A stretch of 64,000 bases of DNA, from contig CAYZIY010000002.1 in assembly GCA_964478715.1 (NCBI GenBank), positions 113,068 through 177,067 on the forward strand. The letters run 5' to 3'. The DNA is from an uncultured Planctomycetales bacterium (GTDB lineage: Bacteria; Omnitrophota; Gorgyraeia; Zapsychrales; JBDRMG01). This document shows, in pieces, positions 1-9,127 of this stretch. A program made the position numbers and the translations under genes. The notes under the pieces were generated by a model that saw only the letters and a program-made list of their open reading frames with translations, made no database searches and was not told the origin of the DNA. The stretch's first letter is position 1; each line of letters opens with the position of its first letter.

Positions 1-328
1 GCTTTACAACATTGGAGAGCGTTCTAAAATCAAAATACGTATTGTTGTTTTTACAGTCAGCTTGCTGCTTATCAGGCGATTTTTATGGAGATTGAAAGAA
101 AAATATATCATTCGGGACTTTCATCCTCTGATCTTTTTCTATCTATTGGGTTTATCGCTGCTATTTATGAGCCTTGTTCTTTTTATCCGACTTATCGTTT
201 TATGGATTATTAAGGGACAAATCCCGCCTATCAATGCTCTTTCGTGGATGTTTAGCGTAGCGATCGGCCTGCAGTCACTCTTTTTTGCGATGTGGTTTGA
301 TATGGATTCTAATAAAGATTTTCGATGA
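1..328 (+). CDS. Partial CDS (5' end outside window). Hydrophobic C-terminal region of a membrane protein, possibly the tail of a membrane glycosyltransferase.
   Basis: The frame of ORF 62..328 stays open back to base 2 with no stop. The translation has two or three predicted TM helices. It is followed by a polysaccharide-synthesis cluster. Confidence 0.4.
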   Translation, partial: LYNIGERSKIKIRIVVFTVSLLLIRRFLWRLKEKYIIRDFHPLIFFYLLGLSLLFMSLVLFIRLIVLWIIKGQIPPINALSWMFSVAIGLQSLFFAMWFDMDSNKDFR

Positions 329-1338
329 ATATCCTTTTTGATATCAATCATCCCGCACATGTTCACTTCTTTAAGCATGCCATCAAACAGTTGGAGAAAT
401 CTGGCCATCACATTGTCATTACTTCTCGTGAGAAAGATGTTACATTAGGGCTTCTTGATGCGTGCGGTTTCTCTCATAGGCCGATCAGCAAAATTCGTAA
501 AGGACTCTGGGGAAGGCTTATAGAATTAATCGTTAGAGAGAAGAAAATTTATCAAATCATTAAGAAAGATAAGATTGATGTATGCGTAGGGATCGGCGGT
601 CCGTTTTTTGTTCATGCCGCATGGCTGCTAGGAATACCTCGCCTTGTTTTTTATGATACAGAACATGCGACACTTCAAAATATGATAACATATCCATTTG
701 CCACAAAAATTTATACCCCTGATTGTTATAAAAAGGAATTAGGCAAGAGACATGTCCGTTATAAAGGTGTTCATGAAATTGCCTATCTTTATCCCAAATA
801 TTTTTTTCCGAATTCTTCTATATTGGATGAACTTGGTCTCATAAAAGGTCAAAAACATATATTATTGCGATTTGTTTCATGGGAAGCCTCTCATGATAAA
901 GGCCAGAAGGGGTTATCATTGGAAGCAAAAAGGATGCTTATTGAAAAACTTTCTGAACACGCGAAGGTGTATATTATTTCTGAAAAGCCGCTCGATGGTG
1001 AATATAAAAAATATCAACTATCTTGCGACTCCCAACGACTTCATGATGTTTTGTATTATGCATCACTATGTATTTCGGAAGGGGCTACGGTTGTTTCGGA
1101 GTGCGCTTGCTTAGGCGTTCCATCTATTTATGTCAATTCGCAAAAACTTGGCTATATTGACCAGGAGCGGAAATATGGTTTAGTTTTTGACATAGAGAAA
1201 CCAGAGGATGTCCTTCAAAAGGCTCTTGAAATTTTGAAAAGCGATAAAAATGAATGGAAACAAAAACGAGATGAATTTGTTAAAAGCAAAATTGATGTTA
1301 CTAAATATATCACTTCGGAAATTTTACAATACCAGTAG
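325..1338 (+). CDS. DUF354-family protein (GT-B-like putative glycosyltransferase partner, commonly paired with UDP-GlcNAc 2-epimerase).
   Basis: The N-terminus MNILFDINHPAHVHFFKHAI is characteristic of DUF354. Length is 337 aa. It sits next to wecB. Confidence 0.75.
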   Translation: MNILFDINHPAHVHFFKHAIKQLEKSGHHIVITSREKDVTLGLLDACGFSHRPISKIRKGLWGRLIELIVREKKIYQIIKKDKIDVCVGIGGPFFVHAAWLLGIPRLVFYDTEHATLQNMITYPFATKIYTPDCYKKELGKRHVRYKGVHEIAYLYPKYFFPNSSILDELGLIKGQKHILLRFVSWEASHDKGQKGLSLEAKRMLIEKLSEHAKVYIISEKPLDGEYKKYQLSCDSQRLHDVLYYASLCISEGATVVSECACLGVPSIYVNSQKLGYIDQERKYGLVFDIEKPEDVLQKALEILKSDKNEWKQKRDEFVKSKIDVTKYITSEILQYQ

Positions 1339-1354
1339 AGGAATTAATATCCCA

Positions 1355-1670
1355 TGAACAATAATATCAAGACATACGAGCCAAACAATGGTTGCTGAAG
1401 CCGCTGTTTTGGGGACACTGCCTATTAGGTTTAATAATTATGTTGGTAAATTGAGTTATCTGGAAGAACTGGAACATAAATACCATCTTACCTTTCGAAT
1501 CAAAACATCCGAGCAGGAGAAATTATTGGAAAACAATTGATGCTTTACTTGCTATGCCAAATCTTAAAGAGGAATGGATGAAACGGCGCGATCGGATGCT
1601 TAATAACATGGTTGATGTAGTGGATTTTATGGTGGAATATATCGAAAATTTGAGAATAGATAGGAGATAG
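1355..1670 (+). pseudogene. Degraded C-terminal remnant of a second DUF354 paralogue, broken by frameshifts and stops.
   Basis: Two frames translate to EAAVLGTLPIRFNNYVGKLSYLEELEHKYHLTFRIKTSEQEKLLENN and DALLAMPNLKEEWMKRRDRMLNNMVDVVDFMVEYIENL. These align with the C-terminus of the upstream gene (ECACLGVPSIYVNSQKLGYIDQERKYGLVFDI...NEWKQKRDEFVKSKIDVTKYI). There is no intact ORF. Confidence 0.5.
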
Positions 1671-1671
1671 G

Positions 1672-2775
1672 TTGCTCATGAGAAAAAGAAAAATCATTTT
1701 GGTATGCGGGGCAAGGCCAAACTTTATTAAAATTGCTCCTATCTTTCGAGAGCTTAAAAAGTATCGGCATTTAAAGCCAATGATTGTCCATACGGGACAG
1801 CACTACAATAAAAACATGTCGGATTTATTCTTTTGTGATTTAGAGCTAGTGCGGCCGCATGAATGTCTCAATGTTGGTTCGGCATCGCATGCGCTTCAAA
1901 CGGCGAGAATTATGATTAAACTGGAGAAATATTTTGTCACACAAAGGCCTGATCTTGTGCTCGTTGTAGGAGATGTGAACTCCACAATGGCTGCTTCTGT
2001 TGTCGCGGCAAAACTGTCTATTCCCCTAGCACATATGGAAGCTGGATTAAGAAGCTTTGATAGAACTATGCCAGAGGAAATCAATCGTATCGTAACTGAT
2101 GCATTGTCAGACATGTTATTTACGACATGTCGGGATGCCGAAGAAAATTTAGCCAAGGAAGGCGTTCCTTCAAAAAAAATATATTTCGTCGGAAATGTCA
2201 TGATTGATTCATTGATTAAGTTAAGGAAAAAAGCTGAGAAATCAACGATTCTAAGAGATTTAAACCTTCAACCAAAAAGATACGCAGTTCTCACGCTTCA
2301 CCGGCCTAGCAATGTGGACCGCAAAGAAGTATTTCTTCGGATTTGGGATGCCATAGAAACTGTCAGCAGGAAAATCAAGATCATTTTCCCTGTTCACCCC
2401 AGGACGAAAAAGCAATTGAAGAAATTTGGCATCAAGATTTGGGGTTGTAATATTGTTTTGCTCCAACCATTGGGATATCTTAATTTTCTTAAACTCTATG
2501 GGCATGCCAAATTTGTCCTGACGGATTCTGGTGGCATTCAGGAAGAAACAACATTCTTAAACATACCTTGCGTGACACTCAGAGAGAATACAGAACGACC
2601 TATTACCATAACTAGCGGAACCAATGTTTTGGTTGGTCGAGATGGAAAATTGATCGTCAAGGCGTGCAATAAGATTATCGATAGAACCAAAAAGAATGTA
2701 CGAAAAGTTCCTCAATTATGGGATGGAAAGACATCGAAACGTATAGCTAAAATCATTACCGAATCATTGCATTAA
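1672..2775 (+). CDS. wecB: UDP-N-acetylglucosamine 2-epimerase (non-hydrolysing).
   Basis: KIILVCGARPNFIKIAPI...HTGQHY...DSGGIQEE motifs are present. Length is 367 aa. Confidence 0.9.
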   Translation: MLMRKRKIILVCGARPNFIKIAPIFRELKKYRHLKPMIVHTGQHYNKNMSDLFFCDLELVRPHECLNVGSASHALQTARIMIKLEKYFVTQRPDLVLVVGDVNSTMAASVVAAKLSIPLAHMEAGLRSFDRTMPEEINRIVTDALSDMLFTTCRDAEENLAKEGVPSKKIYFVGNVMIDSLIKLRKKAEKSTILRDLNLQPKRYAVLTLHRPSNVDRKEVFLRIWDAIETVSRKIKIIFPVHPRTKKQLKKFGIKIWGCNIVLLQPLGYLNFLKLYGHAKFVLTDSGGIQEETTFLNIPCVTLRENTERPITITSGTNVLVGRDGKLIVKACNKIIDRTKKNVRKVPQLWDGKTSKRIAKIITESLH

Positions 2776-2797
2776 TTTAAGGCAGCTTCTGTAAGAT

Positions 2798-4030
2798 ATG
2801 AAAATACTTCATTTCACCCATTCATTTTTTCCAGACTATGGCGGCACAGCAACGCGACTATATAATTTATTGTCACAATCCGAACATGAACACCATCTGT
2901 ATATTCCACTGAAAGAATCCGATTCAATAAATGAGAAGCCCATCAAAGATGACCGACATGAAATGCTTGGCAATATTCGTGTCAGCCGGAAACCGATCGC
3001 TAAAAAGAAGAAACTCAAAGTACCTTATCTGTCAACACAGATAGACATCATGAGGAGTGCATCTGAGCTCGCTAACAGTGTTCAAGGTGACGGTTTTAAT
3101 ATAGTTCATGCGCATAATCCTTTAATTTTTGCACTTGCAGGCATGAAATATGCAAAGCGTAAGAATCTGCCGCTTATTTATGAAATCCATACTTTACTCA
3201 AATACAAATCAAGCAAAGGGAAATATATTATTTGTAGAATGTTTTATTCTGCGATTGAGCAATTATTACGTTGGCAGGAAGGTAGGGTGTGCCACAGCGC
3301 AAGTCGCGTTATCGTTCAGACAGAAGATTTAAAAAAAGAGATAGCCCGTATCTATGATTTGCCAATGACTAAGATTGTTGTTATTCCCATGGGTTTCGAT
3401 AGTGATGTATTTAATCCAGATCAATGGAGTAAGCAAGGAGAAGTTCTTAAATTGAAGTATGCGTGGAAAAATAAAATAATATTTTTCTATAACGGTTTTC
3501 TGCATAGCGAAAATGGCATTGATTTCTTTTTGAAAACCGTATTGAGATTACGCGATTCTTACAAAAATAAAATTAAAATAATCATAACTGGCAGGGGACC
3601 TTTGCAAAAAGAGATTGAAAAGATGGCTCAAGAGACTGAGCATCTAATAGAGTTCATCGGTTTAGTCGACCATCAACAGATTGCATCTTATTACGCTGCA
3701 TGCGATATTGTGGTTATTCCATGGAAAGGTTTGGATAGAAAGCAGTTTAATATACCAACAAAATTATTAGAAGCTATGTCTATGAGTAAAATTATCTTGG
3801 CAAGTAGACTGAGAGGGATAATGACCATATTGAAAGAAAATGAAAACGGATTTTTGTTTGAACCTGATAATGAGAATGATTTGATTGAAAAAATTGAGAA
3901 GATTGTTTGCGAAGATGAAGATCTTAATGAGATGAGAGATCGAGCTAAGGAAGCAGTTATCCATGAATATCCTTGGAATCTTTTTAGGATGAAATTGGAG
4001 AAATTATATACAGAAATCTCCAGACATTGA
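2798..4030 (+). CDS. Glycosyltransferase family 4 (GT-B, retaining).
   Basis: N-terminal KILHFTHSFFPDYGGTA. C-terminal GT4 signature region EAMSMSKIILASRLRG...ENGFLFEP. Confidence 0.85.
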   Translation: MKILHFTHSFFPDYGGTATRLYNLLSQSEHEHHLYIPLKESDSINEKPIKDDRHEMLGNIRVSRKPIAKKKKLKVPYLSTQIDIMRSASELANSVQGDGFNIVHAHNPLIFALAGMKYAKRKNLPLIYEIHTLLKYKSSKGKYIICRMFYSAIEQLLRWQEGRVCHSASRVIVQTEDLKKEIARIYDLPMTKIVVIPMGFDSDVFNPDQWSKQGEVLKLKYAWKNKIIFFYNGFLHSENGIDFFLKTVLRLRDSYKNKIKIIITGRGPLQKEIEKMAQETEHLIEFIGLVDHQQIASYYAACDIVVIPWKGLDRKQFNIPTKLLEAMSMSKIILASRLRGIMTILKENENGFLFEPDNENDLIEKIEKIVCEDEDLNEMRDRAKEAVIHEYPWNLFRMKLEKLYTEISRH

Positions 4031-4677
4031 CAAGGAGTAGTAACGTGAAGTTAAATAAAGTTCCCACGCTTAGAATTCATTCAGTTAATCGAATCAGTTT
4101 AGATATGCAATTAATTAAGCATCTTAAGAAGCTCAAGCCGGGAGTAGTTTTGGACGTTGGTTCGAGTGCCTCACCCTATAAAAAATTTATTCCTGCAACA
4201 AAATATCTTCGACTTGACATCAACAAGGAAAGTCATCCAGATATCTGTTGCGATGTCCATCAGATAGAGTGGGCATCAAAGTTTTTTAATACAATTATTG
4301 CTTCCGAAGTTCTTGAGCATCTAGCGAATCCTGCTGTAGCTATCGAAGAAATGAGGAGAGTATTAAAATCTGGCGGAATATGCATTCTGACCACACGGTT
4401 CATGTATCCGTATCATCCTTGTCCAAAAGATTATTATCGATTTACAAAAGATTCACTGCAGATATTGTTTAGTAAATTTAGCACAATACAGATAGTGCCA
4501 CATGGTAATCGTATCCAATTGCTGTGGCAGATTATAAACAACAGTGGCAATAAGAGCTGCGGGAAACTCCAGCGAATATTCAACATCTTTCTGAATATAT
4601 TCAATCCCATATTTGCAAGAATCAACTTCATCGATAAGGGTTATCCACTCGGTTTTATTGTTGTTGCACAAAAATAG
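4027..4677 (+). CDS. Class I SAM-dependent methyltransferase.
   Basis: Motif I VLDVGSSASPY. Methyltransf_11/23-like acidic loop ASEVLEHL. Start overlaps the upstream stop (ATGA-type coupling). Confidence 0.8.
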   Translation: MTRSSNVKLNKVPTLRIHSVNRISLDMQLIKHLKKLKPGVVLDVGSSASPYKKFIPATKYLRLDINKESHPDICCDVHQIEWASKFFNTIIASEVLEHLANPAVAIEEMRRVLKSGGICILTTRFMYPYHPCPKDYYRFTKDSLQILFSKFSTIQIVPHGNRIQLLWQIINNSGNKSCGKLQRIFNIFLNIFNPIFARINFIDKGYPLGFIVVAQK

Positions 4678-4701
4678 TAACTAACCTTTATAGGTATTGT
4701 A

Positions 4702-5562
4702 ATGATCAAGCGAAGAAAAAAAGGTATTTCTGTTCTCGTTCCAACACAAAACTCACAGAAGACAGTGAAGCTATGCATAGAGTCATTTCTCGAATTTGGT
4801 GATGAGATTATTGTTGTTGATAATGGATCTAGGGATGAAACTATTAATATTGTTACCACGATTGCACAGCAATGTGAGAAGATTAAATTTTTTAATGCCC
4901 CAGACCTAGTTGATCTGTATCAGAATCGGCAATATGCTTTTGAGCGTTCCCAATATAACTGGATTGCACGAATCGATAGCGATTACGTCGCCTATACATC
5001 GGGACCGCAGGACATAAAGGAATTGAGACAACTGATAATCAATGCGAGACCATCTATTCGACCGATCGCCTATGGCATTAAGCAAGTGAATCTATATCGT
5101 GATTATTGGCACACGGGAATCGAAAGAGAGCAAAGACACAACAATAGTGGGCCGCATGTAGCATCACCGGTTGTGAGTCTGCCAGCAAGGATTATTCAAT
5201 ATTTTCCAGGAATGAAGTTTGCTAGACTTGGACGTTGGGAAGGTGTCAGATTTCAGAGATTTCTACAACATAGACATTTGGACGAGCCCTATTGGTTTCA
5301 TTGTGAATTCAAGAGTGACCTTGACTATTTCTATCGGTCAGAAAGAACAAATTGGAGACAGCTAGGCGATTATCGGCGCTTTCCGACGCTGCGCTCTTAT
5401 ATTGAACACATTCTCCCGGATAAATACGGAACGAATAATATCGACGAAGCTTGTCGTAACTATATTGAAAAACATTTGAATCGTTTTCTAATGACTTATG
5501 AACCGTTAAGGTATTATTCTTATCCTGAAATAATAAAAGAGGAAATGGAGAAATGTACGTAG
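4702..5562 (+). CDS. Glycosyltransferase family 2.
   Basis: ISVLVPTQNSQKTVKLCIESFLEFGDEIIVVDNGSRDET matches the GT2 DXD/nucleotide-binding N-terminal region. Confidence 0.85.
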   Translation: MIKRRKKGISVLVPTQNSQKTVKLCIESFLEFGDEIIVVDNGSRDETINIVTTIAQQCEKIKFFNAPDLVDLYQNRQYAFERSQYNWIARIDSDYVAYTSGPQDIKELRQLIINARPSIRPIAYGIKQVNLYRDYWHTGIEREQRHNNSGPHVASPVVSLPARIIQYFPGMKFARLGRWEGVRFQRFLQHRHLDEPYWFHCEFKSDLDYFYRSERTNWRQLGDYRRFPTLRSYIEHILPDKYGTNNIDEACRNYIEKHLNRFLMTYEPLRYYSYPEIIKEEMEKCT

Positions 5563-5596
5563 TTGACTAGGTATTTTATAACTGAAAGAGTAATTT

Positions 5597-6382
5597 ATGG
5601 ATAGTAAAGAAAAGGCGGATCTATCGAGAACGTTACAAGAAAAGTGTTATGCGTTTCCTTATCATTATCTTGTGGAGTTTAGTCAGGAAAACTTAGATAG
5701 CTTCTCTCAGGTTAAAAATAATCCCACAGGATACAGATATGCGGCCTATCTTAAAAGAGTTCTCGATGCTGTCAGCAAAGAAAAGTTTAAGAGTGTGGCA
5801 GATGTTGGGTGCGGCGATGGGTTCTTTATCAAAATATTTTCAAAACAATTTACGAATAAACGAATTGTCGGAATAGATCTTTCCGAAAATGCGCTGATGT
5901 TTGCGCGCTTACTTAACGCAAATAATGCAGCTGAGTTTTTCAATTATAATATCTTGGAAAAGAGGCCTGACGAGAAATTTGATATTGTGACTTTAATCGA
6001 AGTGCTCGAGCATATTCCACCTGATCAGATTGACTTGTTTCTTGGTGCGATTTGCAAAATGTTGCAGGATGATGGGAAGTTAATTGTGACGGTTCCTTCG
6101 GTCAATTTATCCATTGCAAATATTCAAAGACATTTTCAACATTTTAATGAAGAGAAGCTAAGGAAAGCGTTATCTCAGCATTTTGACTGTATTGAGATTG
6201 AATATATCAATAAGCAAAATTACATATCGAAAATAATACATAAAATCTTTACAAACTCGCTTTTCATATTAAACCATAAACGTTTAGCCAGTGCCCTTTT
6301 TAGATATTATCTTAATAGGTTTCTGCACGCCGACAAACATAATGGCCTAAGGCTTTTTGCCTTATGCAGAATAAATAGGTAA
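5597..6382 (+). CDS. Class I SAM-dependent methyltransferase.
   Basis: VADVGCGDGFFIKIF (motif I) and IEVLEHIPPD. Confidence 0.8.
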   Translation: MDSKEKADLSRTLQEKCYAFPYHYLVEFSQENLDSFSQVKNNPTGYRYAAYLKRVLDAVSKEKFKSVADVGCGDGFFIKIFSKQFTNKRIVGIDLSENALMFARLLNANNAAEFFNYNILEKRPDEKFDIVTLIEVLEHIPPDQIDLFLGAICKMLQDDGKLIVTVPSVNLSIANIQRHFQHFNEEKLRKALSQHFDCIEIEYINKQNYISKIIHKIFTNSLFILNHKRLASALFRYYLNRFLHADKHNGLRLFALCRINR

Positions 6383-6390
6383 ATAAACTA

Positions 6391-7863
6391 ATGCCGAATA
6401 ACGAAACAACATTATATCAAAAGTTTCACGAAACTATTAAACATGGGTTAATTTATGGGTTTGGCTCCATTATCCAAAGAATCGCAGGAGTTTTCTTAAT
6501 TCCTCTTTACACTGCCTGTTTTTCGACATCAGAGTATGGAGTTTTTGGACTATTGATGGCAACAAGTCAAATATTTGGAGTATTTATTTTGGCAGGGATG
6601 AGCACAGCATTCATGAGATCTTTCTATGATTATCAAGACAGGGCTGAAAAAAGGATGGTTGCATCCACTGCCATGTCTGTAATTTTTGTAAATAGTTTAG
6701 GAATTGGACTTCTGGGGTTATTATTTTCTAAACAAATTGCAATGTTCTTATTTCAAGATGCTCAGTATGGCATCTATATAGTTATGGTGGTGTTCATGGC
6801 GATTTTTTACCAGTTAAATTCTATACCGCTCGCAATTTTTCGCGTAAAAAAGAAATCCATTTTGTATATTTCATGCCAAATTACATTTTTCTTATTTCAA
6901 ATTGGAGCCGTGGTTTACTTTGTTGCGATAAGACAAATGGGTATTTTTGGAGCTATATATGGGTATGTTTTAGCGAGTCTGGCCTTGTTTGTCATTTTAA
7001 TAATTGTTACGCGGAAAGATATCACTTTTCGATTCTCTTTTTATGAAGCTCGAAAGATGTTACATTATGGAGTTCCTTTATTGTTGACAGGTTTAAGTGC
7101 TTTTCTTTTTAATTATATCGATCGGTATATGCTCGCCTTTTATGCCAGTTTTCATGAAGTTGGGCTTTACAACTTAGGTTATCAATTTGGCATGATTATG
7201 ATGGCTATTCTTGTAACACCTATGAAATTTATTTGGGGACCAATGTTTCTTTCTGTCAAGGACCACAGTAATGCCCATGCATTTTATGCGAGAATGCTTA
7301 CATACTTAACATGTGTTGGGTCATTGCTTTTTTTGATGTTGGCTGTTCTCTCAAAAGACGTTATACAGCTTTTTGCTAAACAGAGTTATTGGGATGCCTA
7401 TCATGTCGTTCCCGTTATTGCACTTTCTTACTTAATATGGAGTCAGCGAAGCGTGCTAGATGTAGCTATTCATTTAAAACGAAAAACAAAAATATCTGCA
7501 TTCTATTTTATTGCGGGAGCGATGATCAATATTGTTTTAAATTTAGCACTTATTCCAAGGTACCAAATGATGGGCGCAGCTTACGCTACATTAATTGCTT
7601 TTGTCGCGATGGTAATCGCTTCCTATGTTATTAATCAAAGATTAATTAAGATTGATTATGAGTGGAATAGAATTCTTAAGATATATTCGACTGCGATATT
7701 AATTTATTTTGTCACACCGTTAATTAACATAAGCAATGTATATCTTTCTCTTTTAACAAAGTCGGGATTCATTATTGTATGCTTTCCGTTGCTTCTTATG
7801 ATGCTTGGGTTTTATACATCGATAGAATTAGAAAAAATAAAAAAGATTTTAAGAATCACATAG
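6391..7863 (+). CDS. wzx: Polysaccharide/O-unit flippase, MOP superfamily (Wzx-like).
   Basis: 490 aa with about 12-14 hydrophobic helices. It sits inside the glycosyltransferase cluster. Confidence 0.75.
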   Translation: MPNNETTLYQKFHETIKHGLIYGFGSIIQRIAGVFLIPLYTACFSTSEYGVFGLLMATSQIFGVFILAGMSTAFMRSFYDYQDRAEKRMVASTAMSVIFVNSLGIGLLGLLFSKQIAMFLFQDAQYGIYIVMVVFMAIFYQLNSIPLAIFRVKKKSILYISCQITFFLFQIGAVVYFVAIRQMGIFGAIYGYVLASLALFVILIIVTRKDITFRFSFYEARKMLHYGVPLLLTGLSAFLFNYIDRYMLAFYASFHEVGLYNLGYQFGMIMMAILVTPMKFIWGPMFLSVKDHSNAHAFYARMLTYLTCVGSLLFLMLAVLSKDVIQLFAKQSYWDAYHVVPVIALSYLIWSQRSVLDVAIHLKRKTKISAFYFIAGAMINIVLNLALIPRYQMMGAAYATLIAFVAMVIASYVINQRLIKIDYEWNRILKIYSTAILIYFVTPLINISNVYLSLLTKSGFIIVCFPLLLMMLGFYTSIELEKIKKILRIT

Positions 7864-8003
7864 GATGTCTAAAAGTGATCTTCCCCCGAAAAAGTGGACA
7901 CTTAGAAGAGTTGGTGATAGCATGACAACCGGCTCAGAAGGAGGTGTCCGATGGGAGACAATGGCAAGAAAAAGTGTAATGCTCCCCATTAGTCAAGGGG
8001 AAT

Positions 8004-8786
8004 TTAAGTTAGAACCGGCTCTTTGATTTTAGGTTGATATTGTTCATAGCATTGTCTCGGCGTCATGTTATTCAGGCTTTGGTGCGGGAAGTCCGTATTG
8101 TAATCATAAATCCATTTGCCCAAAGCGACTTCGAATTCAAACGGGCTTTGCCAGTCATAGCACCAGACGATGCCTTCTTTGATGGTGCGCATGACCCGTT
8201 CGGTATCCGAATTGCCCTTAGGGTTAGACCAGGTCGTAAAGATCTGTTTGATGCCGAGAATCGAGCAGTTCATCATAAAGCGCTGACTCGTTGGCTGGCA
8301 CCCGTTATCAGAGATTAAGAATAATTGTTCTTTCATATTTTCGCGAATACCGTTGGGGAACCGGTTATTGACGGCCATCTGAATAGCGTCAAGCCAGTCT
8401 TCGGTTTTGGATTGCAAGCTAAGAGAATATCCGACGACTTCTTTGGTGTACCAGTCAAGGACGATGCACAGATACAGCCAGCCCCAGGGACCGATCTTGA
8501 TCTTTGTCATGTCTATGTCCCAGAAGTGATTGGGGTGCTGGGCCTGAGGTTTGGGACGGATGGGGCCGCGCCTGGCTTTAAGCCGTGTTTCTTTGGTCAC
8601 AAGCATATTCTGCTCTTTTAAAAGACGATAGATACGCTTCTTGTTGACAGCGATGCCTTGGCGGTACTTAAGATACGACCATATTCTCCGATAGCCCCAA
8701 AAGGGATGGTCGGTCTTAATCTCTTTGATTTGATTCAAAAGAACCCGATTACGTTCTATAACAGATTTTGATTTTGACCGTTTCAT
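8004..8786 (-). CDS. IS3-family transposase OrfB (DDE integrase core, rve).
   Basis: WDIDMTKIKIGPWGWLYLCIVLDWYTKEVVGY...SDNGCQPTS...WSNPKGNSDTERVMRTIKEG matches the DDE integrase core. It overlaps orfA by 4 nt in the -1 frame. Confidence 0.85.
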   Translation of the reverse strand: MKRSKSKSVIERNRVLLNQIKEIKTDHPFWGYRRIWSYLKYRQGIAVNKKRIYRLLKEQNMLVTKETRLKARRGPIRPKPQAQHPNHFWDIDMTKIKIGPWGWLYLCIVLDWYTKEVVGYSLSLQSKTEDWLDAIQMAVNNRFPNGIRENMKEQLFLISDNGCQPTSQRFMMNCSILGIKQIFTTWSNPKGNSDTERVMRTIKEGIVWCYDWQSPFEFEVALGKWIYDYNTDFPHQSLNNMTPRQCYEQYQPKIKEPVLT

Positions 8787-9058
8787 AGCTCGTATTCGCT
8801 TTTTTTTAACTCGATCGTGAGGTCACCGATGATGTTCTTGAGTTTGCGGACCTCTTGCTCTAAATGCTGTTCTTTCTTGGTCACGTTCTTGACTTCGAAG
8901 GCCTGATGGCCGTGCTTCAAGAGATTATCGCGCCATTTATAATATTGGGTCTGGGCGATCTGATACTTGGCGCAGAGTTTGCTGATCTCAATCTGGCCGG
9001 ATAAGCCTTCAAGAACGATTTGAAGTTTCTGCTGGCTTGACCATTTACGGTTTTTCAT
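8783..9058 (-). CDS. IS3-family transposase OrfA (HTH DNA-binding).
   Basis: MKNRKWSSQQKLQIVLEGL...KLCAKYQIAQTQYYKWRD is a typical IS3 OrfA HTH/leucine zipper. It ends at the A8 slippery run. Confidence 0.85.
   Translation of the reverse strand: MKNRKWSSQQKLQIVLEGLSGQIEISKLCAKYQIAQTQYYKWRDNLLKHGHQAFEVKNVTKKEQHLEQEVRKLKNIIGDLTIELKKSEYEL
8799..8810 (-). promoter_or_regulatory. Programmed -1 ribosomal frameshift site (A AAA AAA) joining orfA and orfB.
   Basis: The minus strand reads TTAAAAAAAAGC immediately before the orfA stop. Sliding -1 puts the ribosome into the orfB frame (…KKKRIRAMKRSK…). Confidence 0.6.
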
Positions 9059-9127
9059 CGAATAAGCCTCCTTTTTGGTTGGAGCCTTATTCTAACTTAA
9101 AAACCTCAATCTGTTAATGGGGAGCAG

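Larger units (their letters stand above)
7980..9127 (-). mobile_element. Complete IS3-family insertion sequence (orfA + orfB, programmed -1 frameshift, TG...CA terminal inverted repeats).
   Basis: Left end is TGCTCCCCATTAGTCAAGGGGAATTTAAGTTAGAA. The reverse complement of the right end is TGCTCCCCATTAACAGATTGAGGTTTTTAAGTTAGAA, so the two ends form imperfect inverted repeats. It encloses HTH OrfA and rve-integrase OrfB. I could not identify a clean target-site duplication. Confidence 0.8.

Noticed and set aside
8034-8621. Two plus-strand ORFs (94 and 98 aa) inside the IS3 orfB region.
   Set aside because: They are antisense to the DDE integrase gene, whose motifs are clearly read on the minus strand.
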